Source: Candidatus Melainabacteria bacterium 17Bon1m (lineage in GTDB: Bacteria; Cyanobacteriota; Vampirovibrionia; Obscuribacterales; Obscuribacteraceae). Taken from it: 64,000 bases of DNA. The notes below the pieces were generated by a model, which made no database searches, was not told the origin of the DNA, and was given only the letters and a program-made list of their open reading frames with translations. Positions 37,892 to 47,272 of this stretch are shown here, piece after piece. Made by a program: the position numbers and the translations under genes. The stretch covers positions 64,001 through 128,000 of the forward strand of contig JAVLKG010000004.1 in the NCBI GenBank assembly GCA_032128875.1, given 5' to 3'. Positions within the stretch are counted from its first letter, which is position 1, and each line of letters starts with the position of its first letter.

Positions 37892-38797
37892 ATGAATCAA
37901 GAACAGGGTGAAGTATTCAACCAGATCAGACGGCGTCAGACCGAAGATCTTAGCCGAAGAATTCTTTCTTCACTGAATACGTCATTTGTAGGCGACCAAA
38001 CTATGGCGTGGTTGAAGAATGTCAATGAAAACGTAGATTCCGCACCTTCTGCTACTGCGACGCTGGAAGATCCGCTTTGCCAGTTGAGCATGGTTATGTT
38101 GATGGATACTCTCTTTGATGACTTCAACAGATATGCCTATCAATATAATCAGACTGAAGAAAATCGCTCCTTTGTTGTTACTTGCATGCGCCCAACCGGA
38201 GACGGCATCAAGGATCCCAGCAATTTTTATCAAGGTTTTTTGCAAAACAGTGTCTGGGGAATGTGCGTTCGAGGCGACACGAAATCAGTTCTTTTCTCAT
38301 TCATACCGCCAAAGTTTCTCTATGAGGACGAGAAAAATCGCCCTGCAATTCCTGCTTTTGTCGAGCTTGCCATTCAGATGTTCAATGAAGGTCCTGGCTG
38401 GTCTGTTGATGGAAAGCCGCTTCGAAACTCGCAAATCTCAGCTCTGTCAAAAAAGATTTTCGCTCGTTTAGTGCGTGTTTCGCGTGGCGATGTTAGCGAG
38501 ACAGAACCGCTAAAGTTTGATGCTGTTGCTGAAAAAGCAGAAGAGCAGTCGATAGCTGGTGGTGTTGCTGCTCCAGTGCAGAGCCCTGCTGAGACGATCA
38601 CTTTTTCACTGCTTGCTGTGATGGATGCAATAGATGCAGAAATTGTCGGCTTGCAGCAAGAAGGCATGAAAAGTATGCGTTCTGGTGGCATGGACGCAGT
38701 CATGCCGATCATGAAACGAGCCGAGGCTATGAAAGCTTTGAGAGAAAGCACAGCCAGTGTTGCGCGTGATTGGGCAAAATTGCTGCAAGGTGGCTAA
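37892..38797 (+). CDS. Hypothetical protein
   Basis: Long ORF; ATG at 37892 preceded by a G-rich RBS. Confidence 0.7.
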   Translation: MNQEQGEVFNQIRRRQTEDLSRRILSSLNTSFVGDQTMAWLKNVNENVDSAPSATATLEDPLCQLSMVMLMDTLFDDFNRYAYQYNQTEENRSFVVTCMRPTGDGIKDPSNFYQGFLQNSVWGMCVRGDTKSVLFSFIPPKFLYEDEKNRPAIPAFVELAIQMFNEGPGWSVDGKPLRNSQISALSKKIFARLVRVSRGDVSETEPLKFDAVAEKAEEQSIAGGVAAPVQSPAETITFSLLAVMDAIDAEIVGLQQEGMKSMRSGGMDAVMPIMKRAEAMKALRESTASVARDWAKLLQGG

Positions 38798-38819
38798 TGA
38801 CGAACATTTGCTTCGACTA

Positions 38820-39284
38820 TCATTTTGCTTGACGTTCTGGATAATAGGTCACGCTTACCAGCTGGACATCAGTGTTCTCGATGGCTTTACTGCCGGATGG
38901 CGCTTTCGCTTGCGATCGTATGTCATATGAGAATTTCGCGCTGGACAGTCTTCGCCCGCTGAGGCAACCCTGAGTAGTTCGCACTCTTGTTTCTTGCCAG
39001 TCTTCGTTTGAAATACTGATTGTCACAAGCTTTCCTGCGTCCCAAACAGACACCTTATTCCAACCCTCAATGTTGTTGCCGTTTTTTTCCGAGGGATTCT
39101 CAAAACTTAAAAAGCTCAGTCCGAAAAATCGTATACCACACGAGACATGCTCGGTAATTTTCTTCATTTCACTGCTTTTGAGTGAAATGCTCTCGGCATC
39201 AGCGTGTTGTCCAATTAGAACAATGCCGCCAACCAAGACTAAGTAACGGAATGCAGTCTTCGTAAGGTTCTTCGTTGTATTCAT
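38820..39284 (-). CDS. Hypothetical exported protein
   Basis: ORF with signal-peptide-like segment (YLVLVGGIVLIGQHADA). Confidence 0.55.
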   Translation of the reverse strand: MNTTKNLTKTAFRYLVLVGGIVLIGQHADAESISLKSSEMKKITEHVSCGIRFFGLSFLSFENPSEKNGNNIEGWNKVSVWDAGKLVTISISNEDWQETRVRTTQGCLSGRRLSSAKFSYDIRSQAKAPSGSKAIENTDVQLVSVTYYPERQAK

Positions 39285-39521
39285 TAGTCGATATGATTTC
39301 GATATGTGATGTATGGCTGAAATATCTTTATTATCCAGCAATCAGGGAGCCTGTAACCCCATTACATGTTGCACACTTTTCAGGCGAAATAACCGGCCAT
39401 TCTGACTGTTAAAATTAAGGTAGATAGTTTGTGGAAGTGCGCCTGTTTTAGGCTGAGTACCTAATAAATACGCGGCTATTTGCACTCGGTCTGGTTTTTA
39501 CCAGAATCAGAGGCTCAGCTT

Positions 39522-39767
39522 ATGAGTTTACATACAGATAAATTCGAGCAATCGGTGAGAGATGGGCGCTTCACCGATGCGGAAATTCAATGCAAAGGAT
39601 TCCTTCGAGCGAAGGAGCATAGTGACTACGACAACATCACGTTGATGTCTGTCTTGTATTGCCTGGCACAGGCTTTGGAAGGTCAAGGCAAAATCGGTGA
39701 GGCCTACGACACTCGCCTCAAAGTTCGGCAATTATTGACTGCGCAAGTGTCTCTTCAAACTTTTTGA
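39522..39767 (+). CDS. Small TPR-like helical protein
   Basis: GRFTDAE and LYCLAQALEGQGKIGEA. Confidence 0.6.
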   Translation: MSLHTDKFEQSVRDGRFTDAEIQCKGFLRAKEHSDYDNITLMSVLYCLAQALEGQGKIGEAYDTRLKVRQLLTAQVSLQTF

Positions 39768-39768
39768 G

Positions 39769-40836
39769 TTATTCGTGTGTTCCGGCAGTCAAATCTTTCT
39801 GTTCGATCACTTGCAGATTGTTGTCGGCGGTTTGGGCCACTTTCAGCTTCAGGTGAACTGGGCTGCTCATCTTGTTGTCTGCACTCACGAGTTCGGCAAA
39901 AATGTCGACATCTTTTGTCGTCTCATTCACTCGTTCTTGCGAAACCTTGGTGATCAAAACAGTTTGATTCTGCGGCAGACTGGCTAACTGTTTTCTCGAC
40001 AGTGGGAAATTGGTTTCTTGCCAGTAGTTGTCCAGCAACTCAGGATTCATTACTGACATAGCTTGAACCTGTGACATTCGGTAGCTTGACGGCCCGAAGT
40101 CCAACATGTTGGATACGAATGTGCGGGCAAACTTGTCTACTTTGGTGTCGGATAACGGTGCTGCGGCGAGCACATCTGGCTTGGGCTCTGACTTTTCTGC
40201 CGGTTTGAATACGGCGAACAATGCTCCGCCCAGACCCACTACGACACAAGTTGCCACCATTGCTAGTGCCAGCTTCTTTGCACCAGGAGGAACTGCAATT
40301 GCTTTTGTCTTGCGCTGTTTTCTGGCGGCACGACGAGCTTCTGGAGTAGGCTCATCCATCATGAATTTATCCCAGCGGGATGATGGAGAAGGCTCCTGAG
40401 AGGGGTCGCCAGATTCGTATTGATCTAATTGATTATAGGCGTCCAGTTCGCTAGCCGAGGCTGCCGGCTCTGGTTTTGCTTCTGCCTTCGATGATGAAAG
40501 AGTGTTGATCCAGTTGTCTATGTCACGGGCAAAGCTCTTCTTGCGTCCATTGCCGTTGCCATTTCCTGCGCTGCTTTCGGCAGTGTCAGTTTGACCATCA
40601 GACAAAATGCGAGCCAGCTTGAGCGATTCGTCTTGTGTTAGAAGAATTGAACTGGATGGAGGAGTGCCAATGCGGCGCTTTACAGACAACGCCAGACGGG
40701 CTTCTAATCTTTTAATGACAACAAGGAAACCAGATTGTGTGTCAACGACACGTTCTGTCGTTACCGGCGAATCTGCTATCGCATCTTGAGCATCATTTTG
40801 TGTTGATGTCGTCGCGTAATCGTCAGAATAGCTCAC
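39769..40836 (-). CDS. Bitopic membrane protein, C-terminal domain possibly VirB8/NTF2-like
   Basis: Single TM followed by VDKFARTFVSNMLDFGPSSY and terminal beta-strands. Confidence 0.55.
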   Translation of the reverse strand: MSYSDDYATTSTQNDAQDAIADSPVTTERVVDTQSGFLVVIKRLEARLALSVKRRIGTPPSSSILLTQDESLKLARILSDGQTDTAESSAGNGNGNGRKKSFARDIDNWINTLSSSKAEAKPEPAASASELDAYNQLDQYESGDPSQEPSPSSRWDKFMMDEPTPEARRAARKQRKTKAIAVPPGAKKLALAMVATCVVVGLGGALFAVFKPAEKSEPKPDVLAAAPLSDTKVDKFARTFVSNMLDFGPSSYRMSQVQAMSVMNPELLDNYWQETNFPLSRKQLASLPQNQTVLITKVSQERVNETTKDVDIFAELVSADNKMSSPVHLKLKVAQTADNNLQVIEQKDLTAGTHE

Positions 40837-40885
40837 AATCTTACCCCCATATTCTTTTTGGAACCCTGCTGGAACCCTATAAGTT

Positions 40886-40928
40886 GAGTGCGCCCGAGCT
40901 GTCTGTAGCTCGGGCGCCTCGGTTTTTT
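40886..40928. terminator. Terminator-like hairpin downstream of sigA
   Basis: GCGCCCGAGCT-GTCTGT-AGCTCGGGCGC stem with an adjacent T run on the + strand. Confidence 0.65.
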
Positions 40929-41951
40929 TTACAGGTACTCTCTCAGTCTTGAGGAGCGACCCGGCTGTCTCAGTTTTCTGAGTGCCTTGAATTCAATCTG
41001 TCTGACACGCTCGCGGGTTACAGCGAACAGTTGTCCGACTTCTTCCAGAGTCCGTTGTCTGCCGTCATCGAGACCGAAACGCAGGCGGAGCACATCGCGC
41101 TCGCGAGGTGTCAGTTCGTTGAGCATCTTCGCCAAGTCTTGGCGCAGAAGTTCGTGGGTGACGGTGGTTTCTGGTCTGTCAGTTTCTGCGTCTTCAATGA
41201 AATCGCCAAGGCGGGAATCTTCTTCCTTACCAATTGGTGTTTCCAGTGAAATAGGCTCTTTAGCTGCTTTGATGATTTCGTGCAGTTTGACCAGAGAGAC
41301 ATCCATCGACTTAGCCAGTTCTTGTTCAGTCGGCTTGCGATTCAGTTCTTGAGCCAGTTGGCGCGTAACCTTCTTCAGCTTGTTGATTGTTTCAACCATG
41401 TGCACAGGCACACGGATTGTGCGCGACTTGTCTGCCAGAGCGCGGGTGATTGCTTGACGAATCCACCATGTGGCGTATGTCGAGAACTTGTAGCCGCGTT
41501 CGTGGTCGAATTTTTCTGACGCACGGATGAGACCGAGGTTGCCTTCTTGAATCAAATCAAGGAAGGAAAGTCCGCGTCCGATGTACTTCTTGGCGATGGA
41601 TACAACTAAGCGGAGGTTCGCTTGGACGAGTTTACGTTTCGCCATCATGTCGCCTTGCAGAATTCTGCGTGCGAGTTCAATTTCTTCGTCCGGCTTGAGC
41701 AGTTGAATACGACCGATCTCACGGAGATACAGTCTTACCGAATCTTCGGTTGCAATTTCTCTGCTGGAGGGAAGTTCTACTGGAGTGTCGTCATCATCCG
41801 CCAACGGATCTTCTTCGTCATCAATGATGGTGAATTGATCGCCATCATCCATAAGATCCAGGTCTTCCAGTTCATTTCTTTTTGCAATGTTCTCGTCTTC
41901 TACGAGTGCACCGCCCATAACTTTTTCGCTATCCGGGGACTTTTTCGCCAT
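40929..41951 (-). CDS. rpoD: Primary RNA polymerase sigma-70 factor
   Basis: [60 protein letters not shown]. Confidence 0.93.
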   Translation of the reverse strand: MAKKSPDSEKVMGGALVEDENIAKRNELEDLDLMDDGDQFTIIDDEEDPLADDDDTPVELPSSREIATEDSVRLYLREIGRIQLLKPDEEIELARRILQGDMMAKRKLVQANLRLVVSIAKKYIGRGLSFLDLIQEGNLGLIRASEKFDHERGYKFSTYATWWIRQAITRALADKSRTIRVPVHMVETINKLKKVTRQLAQELNRKPTEQELAKSMDVSLVKLHEIIKAAKEPISLETPIGKEEDSRLGDFIEDAETDRPETTVTHELLRQDLAKMLNELTPRERDVLRLRFGLDDGRQRTLEEVGQLFAVTRERVRQIEFKALRKLRQPGRSSRLREYL

Positions 41952-42509
41952 AACTGCCTCTATATAAGGGTTTCGATTTCGAGCAGGTAAGCAACGCAAA
42001 CCAAAATCGACTGTTCGCCGCGATTAGAAAGCTCTTATTCCATCCGAATGGTTTTTTAAATGTCCCCGAAGCGGACCAATTGTTATGGATGGAGAGAATT
42101 CCTAAGCGAACTCCGTTTTTGCATCATAGGTGCGTCTTTTGTATTCAAGTGGTTTCTAAATAGTTCCCTAACAATTCCACGCAATCATGTTGTGACCGAC
42201 ATATATGTCACAGTGCTCAAAGGCAGGGCGGGTCAGTTAGGAAGAGTCATCCAGATTCCTTCTTATATGGTGCGGAGGGTTTCCGTACCATTTTTATTTC
42301 GTACGCGCAGCGCCAGACCGGGCGTACACAGGCGTTTGTTTGTGGCGTTCTGAACGGAGGACGTCAAGAGGTCGCCGGGCGCCAAGAAATAACGGTTGCT
42401 TGGCAACGCCTAACTGCAGTATAAGTGCGGAATTGAACTTGTGCGCGTCTTGTTAACGGAGTTTAAGGCATTCGAAACAAAACGCTCGAGTCTGAAAAGC
42501 GACAAAGGG

Positions 42510-44780
42510 TTACGGTTTTCGGTTTTTGAGCGAACGTTCCTGCAATACTTTTAACTGATCTCGCAGTTCAACAGCGCGCTCGAAATCCAGATTCTTGGCG
42601 GCTTGCTTCATTTCCTTCTCCAACTTCTTAATCAGACCAGGTATCGCTCTTTGCTTGCTACCGGCTGTTTCTCTGCGGGTTTCCCCACCCTCGAGGAAGA
42701 GCATCTCTCCAATTGAAAGTTCGTCTGATTCCTCTGGTCTGCCGCGCAGAGCTTCCAATATAGGATTCGACACATGTTTCATAATCGTTTGCGGAACGAT
42801 GCCGTGCTTGTCGTTGAACGCTTGCTGCAAGGCGCGGCGGCGTTCCGTTTCTCCAATTGCTTTAGACATGGAATCAGTCATGCGATCGGCATACATGATC
42901 ACCTGACCGGCTGCGTTTCTCGCTGCCCGTCCGATCGTCTGTACAAGCGATCGCTCAGCCCGCAAAAAACCCTCTTTGTCGGCTTCCATAATTACGACAA
43001 GGCTCACTTCAGGAAGGTCTAGCCCTTCTCTTAATAGGTTGACGCCTACAAGAACATCGAATTCACCAAGTCTCAAATCACGCAAAAGCTCGATGCGCTC
43101 AAGAGCTTTCACATCGCTGTGCAGCCAGCGTACTTTGATTCCCAGCTCTTGCAGGTATTCAGTGAGGTCCTCGGCCATGCGTTTGGTCAAGGTCGTAACA
43201 AGCACTCTTTCTTGTCTTGCTGTGCGCGTCTTGATCTCACTAATGAGGTCATCAATCTGACCTTCGATTGGTCGAACGTGAATTTCAGGGTCTACAAGTC
43301 CGGTTGGACGAATAATCTGCTCAACGACCTGACTGCTGATTTTCAGTTCGTTGTCACCGGGTGTTGCAGAAACGAATACGACTTTTCCGACTTTTGAGAA
43401 GAACTCATCGTATGTTAAAGGACGATTGTCGCGCGCGCAGGGCAGGCGGAAACCATACTCAATCAGCGTGTCTTTACGCGAACGATCGCCACCGTACATT
43501 CCCTGCAGCTGCGGCAAGGTGACATGCGATTCATCTATAAAGGTTAGAAAACCATCTCGACCGAACTTCCGTACGAAATAATCCACTAACGTCTGAGGCG
43601 GCATACCAGGAGCTCTTCCTTCCAGTACACGTGAATAGTTTTCGATACCGTTGCAATATCCAACTTCTTTGAGCATCTCGATGTCGAAACGCGTGCGCTG
43701 TTTCAATCTTTGCGCTTCCAGAAGTTTGCCTTGCGAACCCAGCTCTTCAAGCCGGTCGGCAAGTTCTTGTTCAATCTGTTCGATCGATCTTTCCAACTCT
43801 TGCTCATCGGCAACATAGTGTTTTGCAGGATAAATCCTGGCGATATCTGCCAGCTCCTCAATTTCACCAGTGACTGGATTCACGATGGCGAGCCGTTCTA
43901 TCTCATCGCCGAAAAGTTCGACGCGCAAGATGCGCTCTTCATATGATGGGTAGATTTCTATGACGTCGCCGCGTGCGCGAAAACGCGAGCGTTCGACAAC
44001 CATGTCGTTGCGAGCATAGTGAATATTCACAAGCGCGGTCAAAAGCTCGTGTCTATCAATGATTTGACCGATCTTCAATTCAATTGCAGCCGACAAATAT
44101 CGCTCAGGAACACCAAGACCATATATGCAGCTGACAGAACCAACGACGACTACGTCATTACGCTCCCATAGTGACCGCGTGGTGGAGTGGCGCAGACGAT
44201 CGATTTCATCGTTGATGCTGGCTTCCTTCTCAATGAAAGTATCGGTAGAAGGAATGTACGATTCAGGCTGATAGTAGTCGTAATAACTGATGAAGTACTC
44301 GACCGCGTTGTTTGGGAAAAACTCGCGCATTTCGTTAGTTAGCTGGGCGGCAAGCGTTTTGTTGTGCGCAAGGACCAACGCAGGCATCTGCGTTTCCTTA
44401 ATCACTTGCGCCATTGTCATTGTCTTACCGGAGCCGGTCACACCCAAAAGGGTCTGAAATCGCTCGTTTCGCTCGATGCCGGCCTTAAGCGCTTCAATCG
44501 CCTTTGGCTGGTCGCCTGCCGGTGTGAAGCTGGATACTACTTCGAATTGAATTCTCGGGTTGTCCGGCGCCTTGGGCAGCTCTTTCTGGTACTGCACGCG
44601 AAACTCGCCTTCTTTGGCGATGCGCGACTCCATATTTTTGCCTGCTCCCGAGCCTGCCCCGGCTTCGGTCGGCTCTGCGACTGTGACGCTTTCAACGCCA
44701 CTTTTCTTAGCCTTTTTAGGACGACTGTCTTTCGTACCGTCCTCGGGTCCGTTGTTGGTGTTTGCTTGTTTTCTAGGCAT
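42510..44780 (-). CDS. uvrB: Excinuclease ABC subunit B
   Basis: [29 protein letters not shown]-terminal UVR domain. Confidence 0.98.
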   Translation of the reverse strand: MPRKQANTNNGPEDGTKDSRPKKAKKSGVESVTVAEPTEAGAGSGAGKNMESRIAKEGEFRVQYQKELPKAPDNPRIQFEVVSSFTPAGDQPKAIEALKAGIERNERFQTLLGVTGSGKTMTMAQVIKETQMPALVLAHNKTLAAQLTNEMREFFPNNAVEYFISYYDYYQPESYIPSTDTFIEKEASINDEIDRLRHSTTRSLWERNDVVVVGSVSCIYGLGVPERYLSAAIELKIGQIIDRHELLTALVNIHYARNDMVVERSRFRARGDVIEIYPSYEERILRVELFGDEIERLAIVNPVTGEIEELADIARIYPAKHYVADEQELERSIEQIEQELADRLEELGSQGKLLEAQRLKQRTRFDIEMLKEVGYCNGIENYSRVLEGRAPGMPPQTLVDYFVRKFGRDGFLTFIDESHVTLPQLQGMYGGDRSRKDTLIEYGFRLPCARDNRPLTYDEFFSKVGKVVFVSATPGDNELKISSQVVEQIIRPTGLVDPEIHVRPIEGQIDDLISEIKTRTARQERVLVTTLTKRMAEDLTEYLQELGIKVRWLHSDVKALERIELLRDLRLGEFDVLVGVNLLREGLDLPEVSLVVIMEADKEGFLRAERSLVQTIGRAARNAAGQVIMYADRMTDSMSKAIGETERRRALQQAFNDKHGIVPQTIMKHVSNPILEALRGRPEESDELSIGEMLFLEGGETRRETAGSKQRAIPGLIKKLEKEMKQAAKNLDFERAVELRDQLKVLQERSLKNRKP

Positions 44781-44813
44781 TAGGTTTCACGTTGCGATCT
44801 TGCTCTACGCATC

Positions 44814-44867
44814 GTAGGGGCGACATACATGCCGCCCTGAATATGGAGCCGCATGCGGCTCCCCTAC
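44814..44867. repeat. Inverted REP doublet (REPIN-like)
   Basis: GTAGGGGCGACATACATGCCGCCC ... GGAGCCGCATGCGGCTCCCCTAC. Confidence 0.88.
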
Positions 44868-44880
44868 ACAGACACGAATA

Positions 44881-45096
44881 TCAGGCTTGCGGCTTAGCGC
44901 TGTCTTCCTGAGTAGACTGCTTTTCTTCGACTTCCAAGGCCGTCTTCAATTCAGACTGAGCATCGGTCAAACTCTTCTTGAAATTGCCCAGTCCCTGTCC
45001 AAGCGCCTTGCCGAGCTCCGGCAGCTTCTTGGGGCCAAACAGCACGAGTGCCAGAACTCCGACAATCATAATTTCGCCGGGACCTACGTTGAACAT
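44881..45096 (-). CDS. tatA: Twin-arginine translocase TatA/TatE subunit
   Basis: GPGE...[25 protein letters not shown]. Confidence 0.95.
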   Translation of the reverse strand: MFNVGPGEIMIVGVLALVLFGPKKLPELGKALGQGLGNFKKSLTDAQSELKTALEVEEKQSTQEDSAKPQA

Positions 45097-45171
45097 TGGC
45101 TGTCCTCTTTGCTCGTGATTAACTGCATCCTAATCCTAACATGAATATGCGGCGCCTTCCGCGCTAGCCGT

Positions 45172-47187
45172 CTAAGGTGACGCCTTAGAGCCTGTCTTGC
45201 TTTCAGTCGCGGGCTTCTCTGTTCCCGACTTCTCGGCTCCGGATTTTTCGCTACCTGCCTCCTTCGTGCTGCCGCCCTGACTGCCTTCGGCGGATTTAGT
45301 CTCCGGCTTTGGCTCTACTTTTCGGGGATCAGGTATCGGCGTGTAGTCGGAAAGCATTGTGGCAAGCGGTGATTTGAAGTTGCCCGATTTTGCGCGGTCG
45401 GATAGTTCGGCTACGAGCGCGTCCATATATGCATATTCCGGAACCAAACCGAGGGGCGCCAGGTGCTCAACAATGTTTGCGGCATCGAGCGATGAGTTGG
45501 GTTTGTTTGAAGAGAAATTGTTGATGTTCATCTTGCAAATCGTAGAAACGTAAACAGGCTCAGGATTCAAGCGCAACCATTTGGGCTTGCACTCGAAAAG
45601 CTTATTGTAGAGGTAGGCTATATGCGGGTGATCCGGCTGCCTCTGAGTGTGTGCGACGCGAGCACCGAAAAGACCGAACAGCATTTTCGGATAACCAGCG
45701 ACCACGTCTTTGATGTAGATAGCGCCGTCTCTGGCCTCAAAATAGGCTTTGCTGGTCGGCATTTTGGCGATAGTGGTCGGCCATTTTGTTCTGTCGACTT
45801 TCCAGTTGTTGATTACTTGCTGAGCTTCTTCGAAGGTTTTGCAGGTCGCAAGGCGGTTTTTGATTTTCTCGGAGAGAATCTTTTTCTCTTCGTCTTGCAC
45901 TCCAAAGAGTTTTTCCGTGAGCATTTTGGCAATCGCGGCGTCCTGCTCCTTTTGCGAAAGAGGCTTCTTTGGCTTTTTATCTGCTTCTGCGTCGGCGGTC
46001 GCCTGGGGCTCGGATTTCTTTGCGTCCGGTTTTGCAAAGAACCTTTTGATTGGTGAGCCTTTTGCTGTTACCGATTTTTGCTCTTCGCCTTTTGCTCCGT
46101 CAGACCTTTGCCCGTCTGGCTTTTGCCCATCTGGCTTTTGCCCATCACCTTTTTGCCCATCACCTTTTTGATTAGCCGCGGCTGCTGGTTTTGCACCTGC
46201 TCCGCCCATCGTTCTTTCAAAAACTTTGTGTCTGATCAAGGCTTCTACAATGGGTGGCGCGTAAATCTGTTTATCCAATCCGACTTCGCTGGCAAAATTT
46301 AGAGCGAATTCTGAAGCTTCATCCCAGGTTTTGTTGTTGTTCTCATCGAAGTAGAGAACCCCTTTCAATTCTGTCTCTCCGCGCTTTTTCGCAACGCCTG
46401 GGTGTCTGCGAGCGTTTTGCACATACATGAGTTTGCGATAGTCGACCAGAATTTGACCGGCAGCGGCGCTGCCTTCTCTGTAATGTCGGTTCAAAAACAT
46501 ATCTTTGACGGTGCCCAGATTGTCTGGTGCAAACATGCAGCCGGCGGCGCCTTCAAAGAAAGCGAGATACGACACGAATGGTATTTTTTCTTGATGCTTT
46601 GCCAGCGTGACGAGTGCAAGGTTGGCGCCGGTCTCCCAGGCTACTAAGCCAAGGACGCTCTGGTCGAGTTTTACAGGAATTAGATCTTTGACCGAGCGAC
46701 CTTTGTAATCGTTAGTCTCACCTCTCATAAAGAGGATGACATCCTTGAGAGCTGTGCTGCAGCTCTCGCCAAAATTGTCGAATATTCCGTCGGAATGGAA
46801 TTGGCGAATTCCACAGCCCGGATAAGCAAAGCGTACTTCCGCGATACCGCAATTGGCTGCGTGCATGGACATGGACAAACTTGTTGATTCGTTGCCGCTG
46901 ACGACAATCGCAATCGGTGCGCCGGCTTTATATCTCACTTTCTCAGGAAAGATGATATTGACGGCAATGCCGTTGCCGGGCGCGACAGACGAAGGCACAT
47001 AAGTGCTCACGGAATCCTCGACAACGGGCACCGGTTTTTTAAGAACTGCCTCAGGCAACAACGTCCGCGCTTCGGCAGGCGAGCCTGTCGACAAATTTGC
47101 GGAGATGCTGGACAAAACCATTAAGAGCGAAATCGCAAGAACCATAGCCGTTTTGCGTGTTTCTTTCTTCTTTCGGTTGCTTACCAT
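45172..47187 (-). CDS. Hypothetical exported protein, possibly alpha/beta-hydrolase-like
   Basis: Signal peptide, hydrolase-like strand/helix order, low-complexity insertion. Confidence 0.6.
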   Translation of the reverse strand: MVSNRKKKETRKTAMVLAISLLMVLSSISANLSTGSPAEARTLLPEAVLKKPVPVVEDSVSTYVPSSVAPGNGIAVNIIFPEKVRYKAGAPIAIVVSGNESTSLSMSMHAANCGIAEVRFAYPGCGIRQFHSDGIFDNFGESCSTALKDVILFMRGETNDYKGRSVKDLIPVKLDQSVLGLVAWETGANLALVTLAKHQEKIPFVSYLAFFEGAAGCMFAPDNLGTVKDMFLNRHYREGSAAAGQILVDYRKLMYVQNARRHPGVAKKRGETELKGVLYFDENNNKTWDEASEFALNFASEVGLDKQIYAPPIVEALIRHKVFERTMGGAGAKPAAAANQKGDGQKGDGQKPDGQKPDGQRSDGAKGEEQKSVTAKGSPIKRFFAKPDAKKSEPQATADAEADKKPKKPLSQKEQDAAIAKMLTEKLFGVQDEEKKILSEKIKNRLATCKTFEEAQQVINNWKVDRTKWPTTIAKMPTSKAYFEARDGAIYIKDVVAGYPKMLFGLFGARVAHTQRQPDHPHIAYLYNKLFECKPKWLRLNPEPVYVSTICKMNINNFSSNKPNSSLDAANIVEHLAPLGLVPEYAYMDALVAELSDRAKSGNFKSPLATMLSDYTPIPDPRKVEPKPETKSAEGSQGGSTKEAGSEKSGAEKSGTEKPATESKTGSKASP
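46096..46170 (-). repeat. 5 x 15-bp coding repeat (QKGDG/QKPDG)
   Basis: CCCATCACCTTTTTG-type units on the + strand. Confidence 0.9.
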
Positions 47188-47272
47188 CTAAACCATTCCT
47201 GATTGCTGTCGATTTCCATTCAATCCGAATTGAAAATTGTTTGCCATTTTTTTTGCGAAACAATTTTGCCAG

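Noticed and set aside
42191-42212. CRP box
   Set aside because: TGTGA and TCACA are 12 nt apart rather than 6
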